DNA of 64,000 nt, from contig JAUWNJ010000002.1 of assembly GCA_030612725.1 (NCBI GenBank), forward strand, positions 64,542 through 128,541. The letters are read 5' to 3'. Positions within the stretch are counted from its first letter, which is position 1. Each line of letters opens with the position of its first letter. Below, in pieces: positions 59,034 to 64,000 of this stretch. This DNA is from Planctomycetales bacterium. Lineage in GTDB: Bacteria; Planctomycetota; Phycisphaerae; SM23-33. Both the position numbers and the translations under genes were made by a program. The notes under the pieces are model-generated. The model ran no database searches, was not told the DNA's origin, and saw nothing but the letters and a program-made list of their open reading frames with translations.

Positions 59034-59195
59034 AAAATTCGAATATCGAAATCCGAAATTCGAAACAATATCGAAATACAAATGACCAAAATCCGAAACA
59101 TAAATACACAAACATTTTCAATGTTCTGTGTTTGGGACATTAGAAAATTCGGATTTTGAATTTGTTTCGTATTTCGAGATTCGTATTTCGGATTT
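59034..59195. repeat. Empty AAATCCG-family inverted element between mrdA and rodA
   Basis: aaattcgaatatcgaaatccgaaattcgaaacaa ... ttgtttcgtatttcgagattcgtatttcggattt. Confidence 0.9.
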
Positions 59196-59263
59196 AAAAA
59201 AGTGGTTAATGTAATTGGCTATGATGATTTATACATGAGAAACCTTTGTAAAGTTGTGCTGTC

Positions 59264-60580
59264 ATGTTCGGATGGTTGAAGACATATTTTCGCGGAATTA
59301 GTTGGCCTATCATTGTGGCGATGGGCGCTCTGATGGTTATCAGTGTCCTTTCCGTCAGGGTGGCTGAACAGGCCGATCCGTCTGATGCGCTGTTGCGAGG
59401 AAGCACGGTCCGGCAGATGGTTTATGTCTCGGTGGGCGTTGCCGGCTTTATTATCGCGACGGTCATCCCATACCAGCGAATCGGGCGGAGCGCGTATTTC
59501 TTCTTCGCGCTGAACCTGGCGTTGCTGGTTCTTGTATTGTTTCTGCCGGCGATTCGGAACAGCCACAGGTGGATTAATCTGAAGTTCTTCAAGGTCCAGC
59601 CAAGCGAATTGGCCAAGTTGACCTACATCCTTGCCCTGGCGTGGTACCTGCGATACAGGGATAATTATCGCCGATTCTTCGGGTTTCTCCCCCCGTTTAT
59701 ACTAACGTTGGTGCCTGCGGTGTTGATCCTGGTTGAGCCGGACCTGGGCACGACGCTTCTGTTGTTTCCCACGTTATTTTTCATGCTCTTCATGGCCGGT
59801 GCGAAACTCCGCCATCTGCTGCTGGTCGTCGCTATCGCCGGCGTTGTGATATTCTTCCCCGTACCCCGAAACGTTACAGACCAAAATCCTTCGGTTATCG
59901 CTGAGCGGAATGTTCTGGCGTACTGGCATGGTAAGATCGGCGGGCGGGAGTATGTTATCTCGGCTGCTCCGTTGACGATTATGAAACACCATCAACTTTC
60001 CCGCATCGAAGGTTGGCTATTGCAGCCTGACCCGCTTGTGGAAGTGAGCAGAAGCAAAGGGTTCCAACTCCAGAACTCGATAATCATTCTCGGCTCCGGC
60101 GGGTGGAGAGGTCAAAACGTGCTGGAGCAGAAAAACCTCTATTTCCGCATGTTACCGGACGACCACACCGACTTTATATACGCAATCATCGGCGGCGAAT
60201 GGGGGTTTCTGGGATGCGCGGGTGTGATGCTGATTTATATGGCGATTTTCTTCTGCGGCACCGAAATCGCCGGAACGACCGACGACCCCTTTGGCCGACT
60301 TCTGGTGGGGGGGGGGTTGGGGCTGTTGCTGGCGCAGGTACTGATTAACGTCGGTATGACAATGGGACTGGCGCCTATTACCGGTATGACTCTTCCTATG
60401 ATCAGTTACGGCGGTTCAAGTATGCTGGTCAACTGTGTCGCGATGGGGCTGTTGATAAACGTCGCTCAACGAAGACCTGTTCTTCTAGGCCCAAAACCGT
60501 TTGAATACGGCAGCCGAGCCGGCGGCGAATCTATGTCCTACGGACCTTTGTTCGAATGGGGACGAAGGCGAAAAAGGTAG
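59264..60580 (+). CDS. rodA: SEDS glycosyltransferase RodA
   Basis: RWI..VQPSELAK, EPDLGT, HTDFIY and PITGMTLPMISYGGSS. Confidence 0.92.
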   Translation: MFGWLKTYFRGISWPIIVAMGALMVISVLSVRVAEQADPSDALLRGSTVRQMVYVSVGVAGFIIATVIPYQRIGRSAYFFFALNLALLVLVLFLPAIRNSHRWINLKFFKVQPSELAKLTYILALAWYLRYRDNYRRFFGFLPPFILTLVPAVLILVEPDLGTTLLLFPTLFFMLFMAGAKLRHLLLVVAIAGVVIFFPVPRNVTDQNPSVIAERNVLAYWHGKIGGREYVISAAPLTIMKHHQLSRIEGWLLQPDPLVEVSRSKGFQLQNSIIILGSGGWRGQNVLEQKNLYFRMLPDDHTDFIYAIIGGEWGFLGCAGVMLIYMAIFFCGTEIAGTTDDPFGRLLVGGGLGLLLAQVLINVGMTMGLAPITGMTLPMISYGGSSMLVNCVAMGLLINVAQRRPVLLGPKPFEYGSRAGGESMSYGPLFEWGRRRKR

Positions 60581-60584
60581 AAAA

Positions 60585-60710
60585 AGCGATCAGCGATCAG
60601 CAGTCAGCAAAAGATGAAAAAGACCGCTGTGCGTCACGTAGTGATGCTACGCATAGCACCGCGTAGCGATACTACGTACCACTACGTGGAACGCTGATTG
60701 CTGATTGCTA
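60585..60710. repeat. TCAGCRR heptamer inverted element with stacked internal mini-hairpins
   Basis: agcgatc-agcgatc-agcagtc-agc ... gctgatt-gctgatt-gct; the core contains GTA/TAC triloop hairpins. Confidence 0.8.
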
Positions 60711-60714
60711 AATG

Positions 60715-61134
60715 TTAATGATGTTGAAAATAATAAATCCACCATATTGCTGAAACCAACGTGTAGGTCAGGAATAGACCCCAGCATCCGATTTCGGTGA
60801 ACAGGCGTTTGCGAAATTTGAGAATGATTATCGAAGCCATGGCTACAACGAGAATCTTGAAGATTACAAGCAGGGCAACATCGTTCATTAGAGGAGCGGC
60901 GATTGGATTGGCCTCTATGAACCCGCCGGCCTTGACAGCCATCAGGGTGAATACCAGGTCGAAGACGTTGACTATCCATAGCATCACGAGTATGAGAGTT
61001 ACTCGTCTGGAACGCCGCGCGTACGGATCTTCACGGGCCTGTTTGAACCACCTCCACAATCGCGCGAACAGCGACCCTCTCCGGGCGGGACCAATTCGTA
61101 TAATGGTTTGGTCTCGTTCCATAGAATCACGCAT
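60715..61134 (-). CDS. DUF5658-like membrane protein
   Basis: NVFDLVFT...GGFIEANPIA...FK. Confidence 0.75.
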   Translation of the reverse strand: MRDSMERDQTIIRIGPARRGSLFARLWRWFKQAREDPYARRSRRVTLILVMLWIVNVFDLVFTLMAVKAGGFIEANPIAAPLMNDVALLVIFKILVVAMASIIILKFRKRLFTEIGCWGLFLTYTLVSAIWWIYYFQHH

Positions 61135-61181
61135 CGGCGGTGTACCTTATAGGGTTTAACTCTAATTATATGGATTAATAG

Positions 61182-62069
61182 GTGTCTGATTCAAAAAAAA
61201 TAACATTTGCGAACCGACTTGCCGACGACGTGCGTGTAACGCACGAAATGCTGAAACTACCGGACGGGCAGGAGACGCCGGTGTTGCATCATCATCCTTC
61301 ACAGAAGGTAGGCGTTCCGGTTTTGTACGTTCATGGTATCCAGTCTCATCCCGGATGGTTCACCGGTTCCGCCCAGATGCTGGCACGCGCCGGCAGCGAG
61401 GTTTTTCAGGTAACACGCCGAGGAAACGGAACATCGCCAACCCGAAGGGGCGATGCCGCCTCGGCTGAACAACTCCTCGGCGACGTCAATGCCGCGGTAA
61501 AGTATGTTCTGGAACAAACGGGGAATAAACGCCTCGCACTTCTGGGCATCAGTTGGGGCGGGAAACTGCTGACGGCATACGCCCTGCGGGCCGACGTGGA
61601 TAATATTGATTCACTGACGCTTGTCGCTCCGGGCCTGAAACCGCTGGTGGATGTCTCGATAGCGACCAAACTGGCCGTACTGTTGGCCTTGATTTTCAGG
61701 CCCGGGACGTATTTCAAAATTCCGCTCAATGACGTGTCTCTTTTTACGGACAATCCTGAAATGCGTGAGTATTTGCGTAACGACCCACACCGTCTTCATC
61801 GCGCCACTGCGCGATTTCTGTTCGCGTCAGCCATGATTGACCGGATTATTGCTCGCGCGGACGAACGGACGCTGAAGGTTCCGACGACGTTAATCCTGGC
61901 CGGTCGGGACCGCATCATCGACAACGAATCCACCTGCGATCTGATGGAATGGTTGGCTGACAGACCGGTGCGAGTTCGCCTGCTTGATGCTACTCATACC
62001 ATAGAGTTCGAGCGGGAAAAGGGGGCCTTCTACGAGATACTTTGTCAGGCCGTTGGGGAAGAAAGATAG
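61182..62069 (+). CDS. Alpha/beta hydrolase (lysophospholipase-like)
   Basis: HGIQSH, RRGNG, GISWGG nucleophile elbow, DRII and a C-terminal His. Confidence 0.88.
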   Translation: MSDSKKITFANRLADDVRVTHEMLKLPDGQETPVLHHHPSQKVGVPVLYVHGIQSHPGWFTGSAQMLARAGSEVFQVTRRGNGTSPTRRGDAASAEQLLGDVNAAVKYVLEQTGNKRLALLGISWGGKLLTAYALRADVDNIDSLTLVAPGLKPLVDVSIATKLAVLLALIFRPGTYFKIPLNDVSLFTDNPEMREYLRNDPHRLHRATARFLFASAMIDRIIARADERTLKVPTTLILAGRDRIIDNESTCDLMEWLADRPVRVRLLDATHTIEFEREKGAFYEILCQAVGEER

Positions 62070-62088
62070 CGGGATTGTAATCCTGCTT

Positions 62089-62700
62089 AAAGAAGAAGAA
62101 AAGGAATAGCAGGATTACAGGGATTACCGGATTACAGGGATTTTTATTTTTGCTGAAAAAAGAAGAGGAAAAAGAAAGGCAGGGGGATTGCAGGGATTGG
62201 TTTTAATTCTCAAATCTTCTTACTTGCAAAGAAGACGAGCCGAAATTTATCAGCAGCGCAACCAGCAACCTGGAGGCTTTTAAGTAACTGATAGTCTGTG
62301 CTCGGTGCTCCTTAATCGTATCGACAACGGCCTTCAGTTCGACAATAACCTTTCCTTCAACAACCATGTCAGGCCTGTATGTACCACAAAGCATTCCCTC
62401 GTAAAAAACTTCGAATTCACGCTGTGACTCAAATGAAATTCCTGTGAGCATCAATTCCTTGGAAAGCGCTTTGTGATATGTCGATTCGGTGAAACCGGCG
62501 CCAAGCGTTCCGTGAACTTCATGAGCGGCCCCGATAATGTTATAAGTAAGTGCGTTAATGGGATCGTCAGCGTCCAAACCACCCCGAACACCAACAACAC
62601 CCCCGACTTCTTTTTCTGTTTCTTTTGTTCCTTTTAACAAAATAAAAATCCCTGTAATCCGGTAATCCCTGTAATCCTGCTATTCCTTTTCTTCTTCTTT
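62089..62700. mobile_element. GxxExxY cassette bounded by perfect 62-bp inverted repeats (9-mer GGATTACAG periodicity)
   Basis: 62089-62150 is the exact reverse complement of 62639-62700. Confidence 0.75.
62203..62640 (-). CDS. GxxExxY protein (PD-(D/E)xK nuclease-like, PDDEXK_3)
   Basis: IIGAAHEVHGTLGAGFTESTY, RPDMVVEGKVIVELKAV and LLINFG. The true start may be TTG 62577. Confidence 0.92.
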   Translation of the reverse strand: MLKGTKETEKEVGGVVGVRGGLDADDPINALTYNIIGAAHEVHGTLGAGFTESTYHKALSKELMLTGISFESQREFEVFYEGMLCGTYRPDMVVEGKVIVELKAVVDTIKEHRAQTISYLKASRLLVALLINFGSSSLQVRRFEN

Positions 62701-62707
62701 TCTTTAA

Positions 62708-62792
<85 letters not shown>

Positions 62793-63008
62793 ATAGGCTC
62801 CGATTTTACCAAAGCCTTTTCCGTGTTGCACGCGTTGATTTGACGCTTGTGGGGATATTCAACTTGTCGGCCTTGCTGTGCCGATGTAAGATTATACCGT
62901 AAAGTCGGAAAATGCGTAACTTTACGTCGTGTACGGCGTTTAAATTAAAGAACGAACCGGCAGTGCAGTTCCGGATGCCTTGGAGTTTTTTTCGAGGGTG
63001 GTGTTACC

Positions 63009-64000
63009 GTGGCTCGAACCGATATATTTTCCGTTACGATTAATCATTTTCTCGCTCCCGTTTTGTCGTTTCTGAACGACCCGACGGTGTCGGAAATTAT
63101 GATTAACACCTTCGATGAGATATACATCGAGAAGGACGGCGCACTGACCAGGACCGACGCGAAATTCGACAACGAAGAGTCTTTTACCGCTGCCGTCAAT
63201 AACATCCTCCAATTCACGGGCAAACGCATGAGCCTGGAGCATCCGCTTCAGGATTCCCGCCTGCCGGACGGCTCGCGCGTGCATGTTGTCCTTTCACCGC
63301 TGAGCCGGCGCGGAACCACCATGACCATCCGAAAATTCGCCAAGGTCATGTTCGATGCCGAAAACCTGGTCAAACTCGGCTCCTGGACCCACCAGGCGAT
63401 GGAATATCTGCGAATGTCCGTGCTTGGCGAGAAGAACCTTCTGGTGGCAGGCGGAACGTCGTCGGGCAAAACCTGCCTGTTGAATGTTCTGAGCACGTTT
63501 ATCCCCAATCACCAGCGGATAGTGGTAATCGAGGATTCAGCCGAACTCGCCCTTCAGCAGGGCCACCTGATTACGCTGGAATCCCGCAGCGCCGACCGCT
63601 ACGGGCGCGGCGAAGTAACGATCCGCGACCTGTTCCGCTCGTCGCTTCGGCTTCGACCCGACCGGATAATCATCGGCGAATGTCGAGGCGGCGAAGCGCT
63701 GGAAATTATCCAGGCGATGACGTCAGGCCACGCCGGTTCGATGAGCACACTGCACGCCGACAGCCCCCTCGATACGCTAAGCCGGATGGAGACGCTGTGC
63801 ATGATGTCGAATGTGAACCTTCCGCTGTACGCGCTTCGGGCGCAGGTGGCTTCGGCGATAGACGTGGTTGTCCAGGTAACGCGGTTCAGCGACGGGCGAC
63901 GCGCGATTACAAGTATCGCCGAAGTCCTTCCGCTGGACGATAAGGGGCAATATCGCATTGCGGAGATGTTCACGTATCAATTGGACGAAAAGTCCGATTC
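63009..64000 (+). CDS. cpaF: CpaF/TadA-family pilus assembly ATPase (partial, runs off the window end)
   Basis: Manual translation from GTG 63009: DPTVSEIMIN, SRLPDGSRV, TIRKF, GGTSSGKT, IEDSAEL, LRLRPDRIIIGECRGGEA and SGHAGSMSTLHA. Confidence 0.92.
   Translation, partial: MARTDIFSVTINHFLAPVLSFLNDPTVSEIMINTFDEIYIEKDGALTRTDAKFDNEESFTAAVNNILQFTGKRMSLEHPLQDSRLPDGSRVHVVLSPLSRRGTTMTIRKFAKVMFDAENLVKLGSWTHQAMEYLRMSVLGEKNLLVAGGTSSGKTCLLNVLSTFIPNHQRIVVIEDSAELALQQGHLITLESRSADRYGRGEVTIRDLFRSSLRLRPDRIIIGECRGGEALEIIQAMTSGHAGSMSTLHADSPLDTLSRMETLCMMSNVNLPLYALRAQVASAIDVVVQVTRFSDGRRAITSIAEVLPLDDKGQYRIAEMFTYQLDEKSD

Overview
This 64 kb window comes from a GC-rich bacterium, most likely Planctomycetota/Phycisphaerae. 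That assignment is an inference from five PEP-CTERM proteins, DUF1559-style pilin-like proteins and the gene neighbourhoods. Most of the window is core genome: rsgA, dnaA with upstream DnaA boxes, rpmA-obgE/coaX-mnmE-like, rpe-accD, rne, ptsI/ptsH/IIA/hpf, tsaE-thiL-argH, ribH-nusB-ftsY, arfB, mreC-mreD-mrdA-rodA, tRNA-Ser(CGA) and a partial CpaF. It also carries carbohydrate enzymes and small toxin-antitoxin modules. The most striking unexplained structure is about 20 short intergenic elements built from 7-mer or 9-mer tandem repeats. They are often arranged as inverted arms and usually sit right at stop codons inside housekeeping operons. Two copies carry cargo: an internally deleted four-helix-bundle (23S_rRNA_IVP/bAvd-like) gene between 7-mer arms (rpe-accD), and an intact GxxExxY PD-(D/E)xK gene between perfect 62-bp inverted repeats next to tRNA-Ser. 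Together these suggest a cargo-bearing versus empty mobile hairpin system. Other candidates are a PEP-CTERM + pilin-like + metal ABC importer operon with a NikR-like operator, an LRR lipoprotein with a Cys-containing C-terminal sorting signal coupled to a CPBP protease, and an ObgE-CoaX fusion joined through a repeat arm. All product calls rest on motif recognition by eye; no searches were run.
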